From Tubiluchus corallicola (Eukaryota > Animalia > Priapulida): a stretch of 64,000 nt of DNA. The stretch is taken from positions 1 to 64,000 of the forward strand of contig JAQGDQ010001061.1 of NCBI GenBank assembly GCA_030141605.1. The letters are read 5' to 3'. Shown here piece by piece: positions 12,953 to 26,559 of this stretch. The translations under genes and the position numbers were made by a program. Numbering within the stretch: position 1 is the first letter of the stretch; each line of letters begins with the position of its first letter. The notes under the pieces are model-generated. The model saw nothing but the letters and a program-made list of their open reading frames with translations, was not told the DNA's origin and did not search any database.

Positions 12953-13666
12953 TGTTGGACTTTCTAACTAATCGTTTAACTGGTAATTATTGAGGTCAGT
13001 TCATCCGATGACGTCATACATATAAAAAATATCGAAGACGTGTGACTGGCACGAGTAAGCGGTGTGGATCAAATCTAGCAAGCGCCATGGAGAATGTCCA
13101 ACATGGCGGCATCCTCGTAACATACGCGAGTGAAAAACTTTACAATTTACCGTTTAGATGCTTTTTAGGCAACCAGATTAAATAAAACAATGTCGTACAT
13201 ACTACAATTTTATGTAAGCGGGACATTGCTTACTGCGTACACCAACTCAGAAAAGATACAAGGTTTCATTAATACGGATACGTGGAAAACTTGGCTAAGT
13301 AACGGTTAAACGGTTAGTGATTTTCTGAACAGTGACGCCAATTAGCAGTCGGTTAAATGGTTAAACGTCTCAGCCGCAATGAACAATGAACAAACTTCTG
13401 TTGTTTATGTGTCATAGAAACCTATTTGTAGTTAACGGCACGGTACAAATTTATATAATGTAATGTAAACGATTATCAAGTCATTTACGATAGCATATAC
13501 AAAGCATATACATAGTTAAAACATTTGCAGTAAAGGGGATGAGCATCTGTGATGTTATTATAAAGTCATGTACGTCAACAAATGCTTGCCTCACGTTTCA
13601 CAGCCAGTCTTTACAACATTGTTAACTACTTGAATTCAACATGATCATCATCTTCTTTCTGCAATA

Positions 13667-14102
13667 AGTCTTTTCGTGGTTGCAGCGATTGATGATGATC
13701 GTGAAAAGGTCAAAGGTTAAGTGTACCGGACAACACATTTGTGTACAGCTAGAACCTTACCTAGTTCATTTTTTCTTGTTCCCAAACAACACCTTGCTAG
13801 TAAATCACTCTACGCACAGACTAATAATTAAGTAAAGTCCTCGTAAGACAAATGAAGTTACTGAACTGATGCAGCAGAGGGCTTTGCTTTATCCACATTT
13901 CGTAACGTGCCGGCTGTTGTTAAGACGCGTCACCGTGGTACACTCGACCTCTGACCTACAGTAACTGCACTGATGCGGCAGACGGCTTGGCTTTACCCAC
14001 ATTTCGTCACGTGCCGGCTGTCGTTAAGATGTGTTACTGTGGTACACTCGACCTCTGACCTACAGTAACTTCGCGTGTGAACAACGAAACTGTGAAAAGG
14101 TT
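13667..14102 (+). mobile_element. MITE family A
   Basis: TA-flanked imperfect TIRs; short internal duplication. Confidence 0.8.
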
Positions 14103-14142
14103 TACAAGCACGAACAAGTGTCTCAAAAAGCAGAAAATGTAC

Positions 14143-14226
14143 CTTTCCCAATTGTGTCAATTGTTGAACGAGAAAGTTTGCACTTTCTGTTTTACCTGCT
14201 CCACTTTCACCACTAATTATCACACA
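14143..14226 (-). CDS. MYO3: Myosin III exon 10 (P-loop)
   Basis: [28 protein letters not shown]. 84 nt. Confidence 0.95.
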
Positions 14227-15615
14227 CTGAAAAAAACATTACAAAATTAATCAGTAACGAACATAAAACCAGAAACAGATGCCATAGAACTATTAGCGAG
14301 ACCATGGTAATTTAACTGACAATGGTTTTGTCATGCTGAATTGTTTCAATCTCTGCAAATGTTTGTGCTTTTGTTGTTTAATCCATAAACTACCACATTT
14401 CTGACTAATTTAAGCTGCTTTTACTAATTGTGCACTTACAGTGTGGAAAGACTTTGCAACTTTACTGCCATCTAGTGAATAGTTTAACAACCTCTGTGCT
14501 TTTGTTGTTTAATCCATAAACTACCACATTTCTGACAAATTTAAGCTGCTTTTACTAATTGTGCACTTACAGTGTGGTGAACTTTGCAACTTTACTGCCA
14601 TCTAGTGAAAAGTTTAATAAGTACTAGTAGATAGTTAAACTATACATCACAGAACTTTCTTGAGCATGCTGCCATCTATACGTGTGTTTGTGAACCAAAA
14701 CTGTCCATAAGTTGGCATAGTTAAAACTACGTTATGATGCTTCAAAGAAGAATGCACCAAAAATTTGGTCAAATGCCATTTTTTTGTTTTTTTTTATAAA
14801 AACAAATGCTAAATATATTGGACTTTAATATTCTAGCATCAAATTATCAAGAAAATGTTCACAAAAATACTAAAAATCTAGTTTTCAAATCCCGAGCCCA
14901 CTTTTCTAGCTAGAAACTAGTAAAGCAAATGTAAAAAATTTGTATTTCAAACTCTGATAGTACCTCGTGGAAGCAGCATCATTTTGCTTCGGGTTTTTTG
15001 TGTTGCCAAGCACAGATAAAAACACAGAACGCTATAGCAGAGCAAACGCGACTTCTTATTACATGAAATGATATAGTAACCTTACAGTAGCTAAAATAAG
15101 GAAACGGTAACCAACATAGAAACTTGAAAATCATAATTATGTCACAACAAAAGCAATTTTACGATCGTACTTTTAAATAGGAAACATAGCAAGGTTTTTA
15201 GACCACTTGCAATTTTTGTCTATTTTCTAACCCGTAGCAATTAAAAAAATTAAAAATTACATAGTAGCTTCAAAACTTAAAGCACAAGAAAACACTTTAC
15301 TAACACAAAGCTAAAAAATTCATCTTGAAATTTTGTATCATTTACATGCCTTATTATTGTTATTAAAAATCTAATTTTATAACACCGTATCCTAGTACTG
15401 AAATTGTAAAAAAAAACTTGTATTTTCAAACTCCTGTAGTAGCTCGTGGAAGCAGTCATTTTGCACTGGGTGTTTTCTGTTGCCAACCCCAGATTTTCAC
15501 AGAAAGAGCCATCTACTGGATTTAAACGTAACTTCAACGTGTTCTCACAAAGTCCATGGCAACCAACATTTGTACAGTTGCTAACGAAATCTCAATAAGC
15601 AAAATCATGTCATAC

Positions 15616-15720
15616 CTGACTGAGCTTGTAGTGAACCATTGCTTGAAAGGCTGCATCGGCCACCCCAAATATGTGGGGTGGGTTGGCACTTTTGCTGGCA
15701 TTCATGTAGTTTTTAGATGC
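15616..15720 (-). CDS. MYO3: Myosin III exon 9
   Basis: ASKNYMNASKSANPPHIFGVADAAFQAMVHYKLSQ. 105 nt. Confidence 0.94.
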
Positions 15721-16812
15721 CTGCAAGCAGTAATAAGATAAGATAAGATAAGGTAAGATAAGATAATAATTATTTTCATCGGTATGATATAAAACAGTAC
15801 ATATTTGTAAAACATGAGCTTAAAGCTCGTAAACCGATATCAAACATAATGTTTATGAGCGATAACATGGTAATAATATGCACTTCTTAAAATCTTTTGG
15901 ATGTCACTAGAGGTATTGGTACAAGAAAAATTATAACTGCATGAAGACAGTAAAAATTTGAGACAGTAACATTTTCTAAAATTTACACAAAAAGCTATCT
16001 AGGTCAATAAAAATGTTTCCTACCAACACATTCAGCATTTAATTATGACATAACAAAATTGATAAGTTTGCTGAATTTACAAATGGCACATTTACATGAT
16101 ACACCAATCCATGAGTTAATTAGACGTTTAAATTCCCCAAGATTTTCGGCCATTCGGAGATCTTAGATTCAAACTTATTGCATAAATATCTAGCGAGTCT
16201 TTTGTTTTAATTTTCGTGTACACGTTTTCCTAGATGGTTTGTTGAAACTTATCAGCTGTCAACAGTGGCGAGTCGCAATTAAAATTAGTGAAGATTCCGC
16301 TTCAAAAAATTTTAGTCATTTTTTATATTGTGTAAAACGAAACAAAAATATAAAAAGAAAATTCAGTCAATAGGAAACACTATCTTACACTCGCACGACT
16401 GGGTCGGCACTGCGTGAGCGACAGTGCTTTTTCTACCTAGCATGCTTCTGCATTACTAACAGTTCAACATGCAACAGCTCGTCAGACAAGTTAGTACAGT
16501 AGCTACTGTATTATTTACTACGTGAATACAGGCACAGACATCCCACAATGCTTTGCGGACAATCCTGCCGTGACGTCATTCACAATAGGCAACCGAAGAT
16601 TGACAAGCGCAGATGCAGTACCGCAAATTAACGAGACATCGTCAATTTCATCAGATCTCACGTTTGATTAATTAATTCACGTAGTTGCCGCTTACTAAAA
16701 CGCTAGAATTCGATTTCACGATTTCTTTTCTGGTTAAGTTGTTGGTTGTCATAATTATAAAAAACGACTGGGCATTTACTTTAAAACTAAAATTTTAAAA
16801 TTGATGTATTAC

Positions 16813-16929
16813 CTCGTCATTGTAGATAGTGAGCGGACAGAATGGATTCACAGCTATCAGAATGTCACCAATGTACGTGTAAATCTGACCAGCATTGTAA
16901 CGCTTCTCCAAATGTTGCACGATTACGTC
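16813..16929 (-). CDS. MYO3: Myosin III exon 8 (motor N-terminus)
   Basis: DVIVQHLEKRYNAGQIYTYIGDILIAVNPFCPLTIYNDE. 117 nt. Confidence 0.94.
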
Positions 16930-17024
16930 CTAGTGGCAAAATTAACAAGCAAAATACTGAATTACTAAAAGACGTTTCAAAAGATACAGTGAAACGAAAA
17001 GAATTTATTTAAGCCAGAGTAATA

Positions 17025-17411
17025 AGCCTTTTCACAATTCCAGCGATTGATGATGATCGTAAAAAGGTCAAAGGTTAAGTGTACCTAACAACGCATTTGT
17101 GTACACTTGACAACGCCTCTCAGCCCATGCTGTTGTAATAGTAACTGTTTTAACAGCTAGCTAGAACCTTACCTAGTTCATTTTTTCTTATTTCCAAGCA
17201 AGATCCTGCTAGTAAATCACTCGACACACAGACTAATATATAATTAAATAAAGTCCACGTAAAACAACAGAAGTTACTGAACTGATGCGGCAGAGGGCTA
17301 TGCTTTACCCGCACATCATGCGACAGTTGTAGTTAAGACGGATTGCTGTGGTACACTTAACCTTTGACCTACGGCAACTGGGCGTGTGCACAACAAAAGT
17401 GTGAAAACGCT
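17025..17411 (+). mobile_element. MITE family A, full length
   Basis: ta-AGCCTTTTCACA...TGTGAAAACGCT-ta. Confidence 0.85.
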
Positions 17412-17553
17412 TAACATGGGATATTTTATTCTTGTCGTTGTTTTCATCAATTGAATACGTGACCAAAGTCTTTTCTTTTACAACAAAAGCTGCATTTTAA
17501 CGGCAACGGTTACGGCTCATATTCAGCCGTTATCACATTCTCTGTCTACTTAC

Positions 17554-17718
17554 ATCATTCAGTATTTCTAACTGAGCTAGATCATTGACCATCACGGGTT
17601 CCCGCTTCGATTTCCGCTTGGACTTCAGCTTACCGTGTTTTGTGGTCACTTCCGGCTCTGTCTCGACTCGACCGAACTCCTCTTGCTTCAGCAGCAAGAA
17701 TTTCAGTTTTTTTCTTAT
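17554..17718 (-). CDS. MYO3: Myosin III exon 7 (kinase-motor linker)
   Basis: IRKKLKFLLLKQEEFGRVETEPEVTTKHGKLKSKRKSKREPVMVNDLAQLEILND. 165 nt, cag/GTAAG boundaries. Confidence 0.9.
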
Positions 17719-17733
17719 CTGTAATGTGAAATA

Positions 17734-18223
17734 CAGATTAGTACTGGATAGTACTTGGATGGGTGACCGCCTAGGAATACCAGGTGCTGTAGGCTTGCGG
17801 GATGCCCACACTGTATCTCGACACTAGGCGGAGGACCTGCACAAGCAGCCAACGGCTAGAGGGCGGAGGAGGTCAAGTGACCCAACGGTCATGTGTAGAG
17901 GAGTAAACCTTCCAAATCAGGAGGGGAGCCCAGAAGGCGGACCAGTGCTGCATGCTCACTGACTCCGGCAGCTCCTGCAGCGAACCTGGTGCCAAACGTA
18001 TCGCTCCGCTTTCCTTTGGACTACTGCAGGGAGGAAGAGAGGTGGTTCCTGTTGTCTGGGCAACTCAGGATCTCCATACACTTTGCCCAGGTGTGCGCCC
18101 TGGAGATGTTCAAGGATCGGACTGCTCAGCCACAGTCGACACTGTAGCTCCATCAATGTGATCAATAACTGACTCTCTTGGCGCACACTCCATTGTCTTC
18201 CGAGACAGAAGGATGCCAACAAC
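17734..18223 (+). mobile_element. 5S rRNA-headed SINE (SINE3-like, 5'-truncated)
   Basis: tagtacttggatgggtgaccgcctaggaataccaggtgctgtaggctt matches the 3' half of 5S rRNA. GC-rich body, (AAC)n tail, perfect TSD aatgtgaaata at 17723 and 18224. Confidence 0.85.
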
Positions 18224-18834
18224 AATGTGAAATAAAATAAAAAATTCATGCAAAGTTGCCTGATGTACGATTGGCCAAATCGTTCGACATTCTAGACATT
18301 CTAGACAACAGTCGAATAATTGATACAGCATGTCTGAAACGTCTGTTATGTCTGTTATGGAGTTCACACGAAGGTCACCCAGGCAGAATCTGTATGCAAG
18401 CCCTACTGTTCTGTTATCACTTAAACTGTTTGTGGTGTGCTAAAGGAGAGGACAAGTCACTCTGTATGGTGGGTTTATTTTACTGTGGGAAAATATGTAA
18501 CAATTAATCAACAACAATTGAGACTAATCGACTTCGGAATAGGCCCCATTGTGTCAGGTGTCAAACAAATTAACTTCACGTTGCTTTAGGCAATCAGAAT
18601 ATTCATTATGGTAGATTTTCGCTAATAATTCTGCTTCGCGTTGCTGAAAATGTTGCAAAGCTGCCAAAACGTGTTAAATCATCAAGTTATTTATTTCCAT
18701 GATTATGAGCTGAATGTATGTCCGTCACAAATGTGACACCATGAATAAATATGAGCAGAAAATGGGAGCAATAAGCGTTAATACTCTGTTGTCCATTTTT
18801 CAAGTGCAACTTTAGCGTAAAAAGACCAAATATT

Positions 18835-19715
18835 TATAGCTTTTACACGTCAAATGTAGACACAGGAAAGTTCAAATGTGACTTAGGTAAGTCAAATGTA
18901 GACATAGGAATTTCGAATGTGTTTTGGTAACTGAAATGTGACTTAGGTAAGTTAAATGTAGACATAGGAATTTCGAATGTGTTTTGGTAACTGAAATGTG
19001 ACTTAGGTAAGTTAAATGTAGACATAGGAATTTCGAATGTGTTTTGGTAACTCAAATGTGACTTAGGTAAGTCAAATGTAGACATAGGAATTTCGAATGT
19101 GTTTTGGTAACTGAAATGTGACTTAGGTAAGTTAAATGTAGACATAGGAATTTCGAATGTGTTTTGGTAACTGAAATGTGACTTAGGTAAGTTAAATGTA
19201 GACATAGGAATTTCGAATGTGTTTTGGTAACTGAAATGTGACTTAGGTAAGTTAAATGTAGATGCAGTACTTTGAATAAATCGGTAATTAAGTTATTTAA
19301 GTGCAAATTAGAAAAATATAAACTACAGATAGTGCATCTATTAGTAGGCCTATAACGTTGTTATTTTAACTTGGGAGCAATTATTAAATTGAAATTAAAG
19401 AAGCTTAAATTTAACATCCTTAAACTTTAACACCTATCCACATTTGAGATACCAATGTCACATTTGACTTGACGTGTCTACATTTGACTTACCAAAAGCG
19501 CTCAAGATTTCTTGAAAACCATTGTTAACACATTTGAACTACCTAAATCTACATTTGAGTTACCAAGACACATTTGAATTACCTAAATCTACATTTGAGT
19601 TACCAAGACACATTTGAATTACCTAAGTCTACATTTGAGTTATCAAGACACATTTGAATTGCCTAAATCTACATTTGAGTTAACGCAGGTCTACATTTGA
19701 CATGTAAAACCTATA
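18835..19715. mobile_element. Foldback-like non-autonomous DNA transposon with internal 60-bp and 40-bp arrays
   Basis: TIR tatagcttttacacgtcaaatgtagac / gtctacatttgacatgtaaaacctata. Confidence 0.75.
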
Positions 19716-19944
19716 TAACAGGACTCAAACCAGCCATTTGTTACAAATGATTGAGTTCCCCAATGACAATGGCTGCGTTAAACAATTGCACATACAACAT
19801 GGTTATTACTTAAGCTAAATTTCATAATTAAAGAATTTGGCACCCTAAGTAACTGCCTAGTTTCCCTAATAAGAGACCCAGCCTTGGTGATCAATGGAAT
19901 ATCCAAATTAACAAGGAAACTTCTTAACTGGGAAAAATACTTAC

Positions 19945-20035
19945 ATTGATTGTGTCACTTGGAACTTGTGCTATGAATTTGTGATGAAGAAGTTGATCTG
20001 CCGATGGTCGAGCTTCAAAATCCTTCACTAAACAT
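19945..20035 (-). CDS. MYO3: Myosin III exon 6 (end of kinase)
   Basis: CLVKDFEARPSADQLLHHKFIAQVPSDTIN. 91 nt, phase 2 to 0. Confidence 0.92.
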
Positions 20036-20344
20036 CTAAAATATTTAAAACTTGATAAATTTATGAAGTTATTTCAATAAAAATGTCGATTTAAATTTTT
20101 AATCTCGTTAGTCACATTTCGCTTAATCTTTAGTTAGAAAAAATCAGAATTAGTAACTATGTTAAAGCAAAACCAGACCCAATGTTAAACTGTAGGTCAA
20201 AACAACCTATTTTTTAAATATAGAAAGGAAACATACTATTTTTTCAAAAATGACTTAGCTACTGACTCAGCTACAGCCGCCATTTATAAACTGTTACACT
20301 CTTAATTTACTATAAAATCAAAAAAATCACTTCGTAACCACTTA

Positions 20345-20611
<267 letters not shown>

Positions 20612-20689
20612 CTAGACACATAATGAAGAAACTTTTAGCTGACAGTATAGCAGTATTGCTAGAAGGACTGAGGGAGCTTGAAGTATATT

Positions 20690-22590
20690 AGACTGAAGTC
20701 AGTACAGACGGTTGTAGACTGGTTCACTCTGGTGGTTGAAACAGAAAATATGAAATTGTGTTGAACTGTGAAAGACTGGAGTTACTATAGACTGTTGTAG
20801 ACTGGTTCACTCTGGTGGTTGAAACAGAAAATATGAAATTGTGTTGAACTGTGAGAGACTGAAGTTAGTGTAGACTGTTGTAGACTGGTTCACTCTGGTG
20901 GTTAAAAGATTGAAACAAGGAATATGAAATTGTGTTGAACAGTGAGAGACTGAAGTTAGTGTAGACTGTTGTAGACTGGTTCACTCTGGTGGTTGAAACA
21001 GAAAATATGAAATTGTGTTGAACTGTGAGAGACTGAAGTTAGTGTAGACTGTTGTAGACTGGTTCACTCTGGTGGTTGAAACAAAGAATATGTTGAACTG
21101 TGAGAGACTGAAGTTAGTGTAGACTGTTGTAGACTGGTTCACTCTGGTGGTTGAAACAAAGAATATGAAATTGTGTTGAACTGTGAGAGAATGAAGTTAG
21201 TGTAGACTGTTGTAGACTGGTTCACTCTGGTGGTTGAAACAAAGAATATGAAATTGTGTTGAACTGCGAGAGACTGAAGTTAGTGTAGACTGTTGTAGAC
21301 TGGTTCACTCTGGTGGTTGAAACAAAGAATATGAAATTGTGTTGAACTGCGAGAGACTGAAGTTAGTGTAGACTGTTGTAGACTGGTTCACTCTGGTGGT
21401 TGAAACAAAGAATATGAAATTGTGTTGAACTGTGAGAGACTGAAGTTAGTGTAGACTATTGTAGACTGGTTCACTCTGGTGGTTGAAACAAAGAATATGA
21501 AATTGTGTTGAACTGTGAAAGACTGAAGTTAGTTTAGACTGTTGTAGACTGGTTCACTCTGGTGGTTGAAACAAAGAATATGAAATTGTGTTGAACTATG
21601 AGAGACTGAAGTTAGTGTAGACTATTGTAGACTGGTTCACTCTGGTGGTTGAAACAAAGAATATGAAATTGTGTTGAACTGTGAGAGATTGAAGTTAGTG
21701 TAGACTGTTGTAGACTGGCTCTCTCTGGTGGTTGAAACAGAAAATATGAAATTGTGTGGAAATGTGAGAGACTGAAGTTAGTTTAGACTGTTGTAGACTG
21801 GTTCACTCTGGTGGTTGAAACAAAGAATATGAAATTGTGTTGAACTATGAGAGACTGAAGTTAGTGTAGACTATTGTAGACTGGTTCACTCTGGTGGTTG
21901 AAACAAAGAATATGAAATTGTGTTGAACTGTGAGAGATTGAAGTTAGTGTAGACTGTTGTAGACTGGCTCTCTCTGGTGGTTGAAACAGAAAATATGAAA
22001 TTGTGTGGAAATGTGAGAGACTGGAGTTAGTTTAGACTGTTGTAGACTGGTTCACTCTGGTGGTTGAAACAAAGAATATGAAATTGTGTTGAAACTGTGA
22101 GAGCCTGAAGTTAGTGTAGACTGTTGTAGACAGGTTCACTCTGGTGGTTGAAACAGAAAATATGAAATTGTGTTGAACTGTGAGAGACTGAAGTTAGTGT
22201 AGACTGTTGTAGACAGGTTCTGAAACAAAGAATATGAAATTGTGTTGAACTGTGAGAGACTGAAGTTAGTGTAGACTGTTGTAGACAGGTTCTGAAACAA
22301 AGAATATGAAATTGTGTTGAACTGTGAGAGACTGAAGTTAGTTTAGACTGTTGTAGACTGGTTCACTCTGGTGGTTGAAACAAAGAATATGAAATTGTGT
22401 TGAACTGTGAAAGACTGAAGTTAGTGTAGACTGTTGTAGGCTGGTTCACTCTGGTGGTTAAAAGGTTGAAACAGAAAATATGAAATTGTGTGGAAATGTG
22501 AGAGACTGAAGTTAGTGTAGACTGTTGTAGACTGGTTCACTCTGGTGGTTGAAACAGAAAATATGAAATTGTGTTGAACTGTGAAAGACT
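20690..22590. repeat. 83-bp minisatellite
   Basis: Unit gagactgaagttagtgtagactgttgtagactgg...; about 23 units. Confidence 0.95.
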
Positions 22591-23382
22591 TTATTTTTGT
22601 TTACATATTGCACTAGTATTTACAGGAAAGAAGACACATGGTGACCTTGGCAGAGTTACCCAAGTCACATGCACCCACTGAGTTTACCTGATTGGCTAGT
22701 ACAACACACTAGCAATCAATGTTACCATATATAGGAAGCCCAGCAGGTACAGGTGACAGAGCAGCACAGACGAATGCCACAACCCGGATTAAGCTCGTGT
22801 CTAGTTACAATTCTGAATGTAGGTGGCAGCACATGTTTAATTATTGTTAGTGGTAATTTCAATTGTAAATCGTAAACGAAGTGTGCAACACATAAATCAG
22901 AAAAACAAAATCAGAGCAACAATATAAAATGTATGAAGATGATAACATGTACTCAGTGGGGGAGTAACTAAGAGGAGCAACCTGCTCTCTCAGTGGCGTA
23001 ACTAAGACGGGGATGTACTCAGTGGGGGAGTAACTAAGAGGAGGAGTAAGAGGAGCACTCAGTGGCATAACTAAGAGGGAGAGTAAGAGGAACAACCCTG
23101 TTATTTCTGTTATTGTTGTGTGTCATGATTTATTGTATTATTTGTATTAATTTGTAATGTGTATATGAACTTTGTTAAGTTTGAAATAAAATATTAAATC
23201 AAATCATTTGTCAAGGTTGACTGATTGAACCAAGGATCAAACTGTCACAAATTTAATTATTATAATATATTCTTGTCACATGATTTCCTAGTAGTAAACC
23301 TACTGATAAATATGTTTTGCAAAAGCAAGTTCCAGTGTCTTTATGTTTTATTACGAGGGTGTTCTATCATGTCTGTTATTAA

Positions 23383-23936
23383 AGGAAAACCGGATGATTG
23401 TGTAAACACGAGTTCAGAATAAAGAATGCTCTAAAATTCTGAAAACTACAATAGCTTTTTTTAAATCAAAACTTAGATTAAATAATAATTACGTCGGATA
23501 TCCAAATTTTGTTAAACTTTCAAAGCTACGCGCGGCTCAGTGAATCTACTAAGATTGGCAGTGATGCCTTTTTGTCACGTGCGCGTGGCCGACAAATAGA
23601 AGGCGGTACCGTTATAATCATGAACACGAACTGCAGTGTTAGTTTCATGACGTCATATATTGTAAAACGTACTTTGCGTGACATCATGAGTTTAAACAGT
23701 ACTGTGACACCTATGCAAATGTGCTTGACGCGCAAGGGAAGACGCCTGCCATTGCACAAACTGTGGTTAGTTTCTGACGTAAGCAATGACTGTGTTCAGT
23801 TGCCGCTAATTAACTTTTTAGCTAAGCTAATTATTCAAATATAAGGAACAATTGTTGACTTTTATAGGCAGGAAAATGTATATTTTGGACAGTAAATTAA
23901 TATAAGATTGAGTCTAAACAATCGTCCGGTCTTCCT
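23383..23936. mobile_element. Kolobok-like MITE with TTAA TSD
   Basis: ttaa-AGGAAAACCGGATGATTG ... CAATCGTCCGGTCTTCCT-ttaa. Solo termini at about 8040-8082 and 63490-63535. Confidence 0.8.
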
Positions 23937-24223
23937 TTAAGATTATTTAGTCAAAACAATCAGACTATCATAGGATTTTTCTGGTAAGGAACGTCATGGA
24001 GACAAACTCTTTGTTGTGTTTTAATTTTAAATACAAAATAACTATTATATACTTCCTTTAAAACTGTATCTTTCTCGTGTTTTGATTTTAAAAACAAAAT
24101 TAAAATGTATAATCAATACGTTAAAAATTGGTATGACGTCTTTTTTATGCGCTTGCCCCTAGCTTTAGAACCTGGCTACGCACATGGCTGTACATTCATT
24201 CCGTTACGATATAGCTAGTATTG

Positions 24224-24550
24224 TTGGCCGCTAGATGCCACTAGTATGCAGCATTCTATTGTGCTTAATAAGGCAGCTTGGCCGCTAGATGTCACTAGTA
24301 TGCAGCATTCTATTGTGCTTAATAAGGCAACTTGGCCGCTAGATGCCACTAGTATGCAGCATTCTATTGTGCTTAATAAGGCAACTTGGCCGCTAGATGC
24401 CACTAGTATGCAGCATTCTATTGTGCTTAATAAGGCAACTTGGCCGCTAGATGCCACTAGTATGCAGCATTCTATTGTGCTTAATAAGGCAACATGGCCG
24501 CTAGATGCCACTAGTATGCAGCATTCTATTGTGCTTAATAAGGCAGCTTG
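24224..24550. repeat. 54-bp minisatellite (6 units)
   Basis: tggccgctagatgccactagtatgcagcattctattgtgcttaataaggcaact. Confidence 0.95.
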
Positions 24551-24892
24551 ATACGCTGCAGAATTGGAATTTTTGCCTAGTAGTATTATGCCCCTAGATG
24601 CAAACTTGCTTCTCTATTATGTTACACGATATTATTGCACAACATTAAAACCCGTGTATCAAACACTTTATCGTTTCAAAACTGAAAAATGGCAAGCTAC
24701 TGGGCTGCCAAACAAATGACCATCTGAGGGCAGCATCTTACCAAAAAACATTTCTGCTGTTTCGTCATGCTCGTTTGTTATTAAAGGATGTTCGCATATT
24801 TTTGATTATACGTGTATTTATACGCAAATTTTTTTGCGGGGCCTTTGCTAGTTATTATTAGTCTTAAAGCATATACTTTTTACAGCACTTCA

Positions 24893-25231
<339 letters not shown>

Positions 25232-26329
25232 TTACAAACACTGACCTGCAATCAAAATATTTGCAAGTGAAAGTGTTAATAGTTAACTCCTTCAGGACCA
25301 TAAAAGTTTGCTGCATTTTGCAGAAGTTCATAAAAAACTGCTCTCACTAAACAGCGATTAGTTTATATTTGATAATTTTTGTAGGTTTCTACTCCTCAGA
25401 CAAAGGATAATCATGCAAAATTATACACAAAATGCATTTGCTTACCTTGGAGATGAATTAAAAATTTAATTTTGACGGAAAAATTGAAAAGAGCTTTCAG
25501 TAACAGCAGTGTTTGCATTGTAACAATGTACAGTATCAGTTCTTTGAAATCAGCTAATGCAGAAAATTTCAACTTTCCAGACACAAAACTCTGATAAACT
25601 TTGGCCTCAAGTCTACTCTATTTTTAAAGAGAAATTCCTATTAAAAGATGAAGCGACCTTAATTTGTCCTCTGCTGATGGGTTGGCTTTTCCTGGAACTC
25701 TGTACAGCAGACAATTCTCTTGGACTGTAGCAAGGAGGTGATCAATAAAATAGTGTGTACGATCACGCAAGTGCACACCAGACTAAGCTACTCAATAGGC
25801 TAAGTTGGAGTGTCTGAAAAGGGCCTGTTTTTCTTAATCTTATTCAATTAAATCATTTATGAATGTTTAAATAGCAAGATTGGATAACAGCGACTCTCTT
25901 GAATAGAACAGTACCTAATTTGCAATCATTTAGTTATGTCTGTGCTCATACAGAAGCAGAAAAGTCACCGGTCTTACAAGGCATATTTTGAATGGTGTGG
26001 TCCTGAAGGAGTTTAAGACGTGTTGTCACAATGTCAGTAACATGCCATTACATTATGAAAAATATAGTTCTAATAAGGAAGAGATAATAATGTGCCACCA
26101 AGTTAATGATGTAAGCTCACTTCTGCACATTAAAATGGTACCCAAACTTAAAATAGTTGTGAATTTCTTTGTCAAAAGCAAGTATCAGTTAACACCAGAA
26201 GTATTTCACAACGTACTTTTATAACTGTACAACAAATTTAAAAGCAATTAAGAGCAAAACTAAATCATCTACAGCAACAAAAAAGGTAAATGCGTGTTGA
26301 GTGTAGAAATAAAAAAAACAGTTTCATAC

Positions 26330-26434
26330 CTTTAAGGTGTCTTTCAAAATGTACGCAATTATCAATTCATCCAGTTTCTCTTTTCTCTTTATCATTCCTT
26401 TGACTAGATCAGTAATAGAACCTCCTTGACAAAG
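26330..26434 (-). CDS. MYO3: Myosin III exon 3
   Basis: [35 protein letters not shown]. 105 nt, tag/GTATG boundaries. Confidence 0.92.
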
Positions 26435-26559
26435 CTAAAATAAAGAAGTTAGCTGATGAAAACAACGGGGTACAATGTGCAGATGTTTTGTAAATATGGA
26501 TGGACATTTTCTCTTTTCTGCATTCTCTTTCCATAGTACCATTTATTGTGCCACGTTGT

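Noticed and set aside
17747-17796. 5S rRNA gene
   Set aside because: Only the 3' half is present, without box A, and it lies inside a TSD-flanked retroposon.
25640-25850. GC-richer intronic island as a possible ncRNA
   Set aside because: No recognisable RNA family; probably a retroelement 3' UTR.
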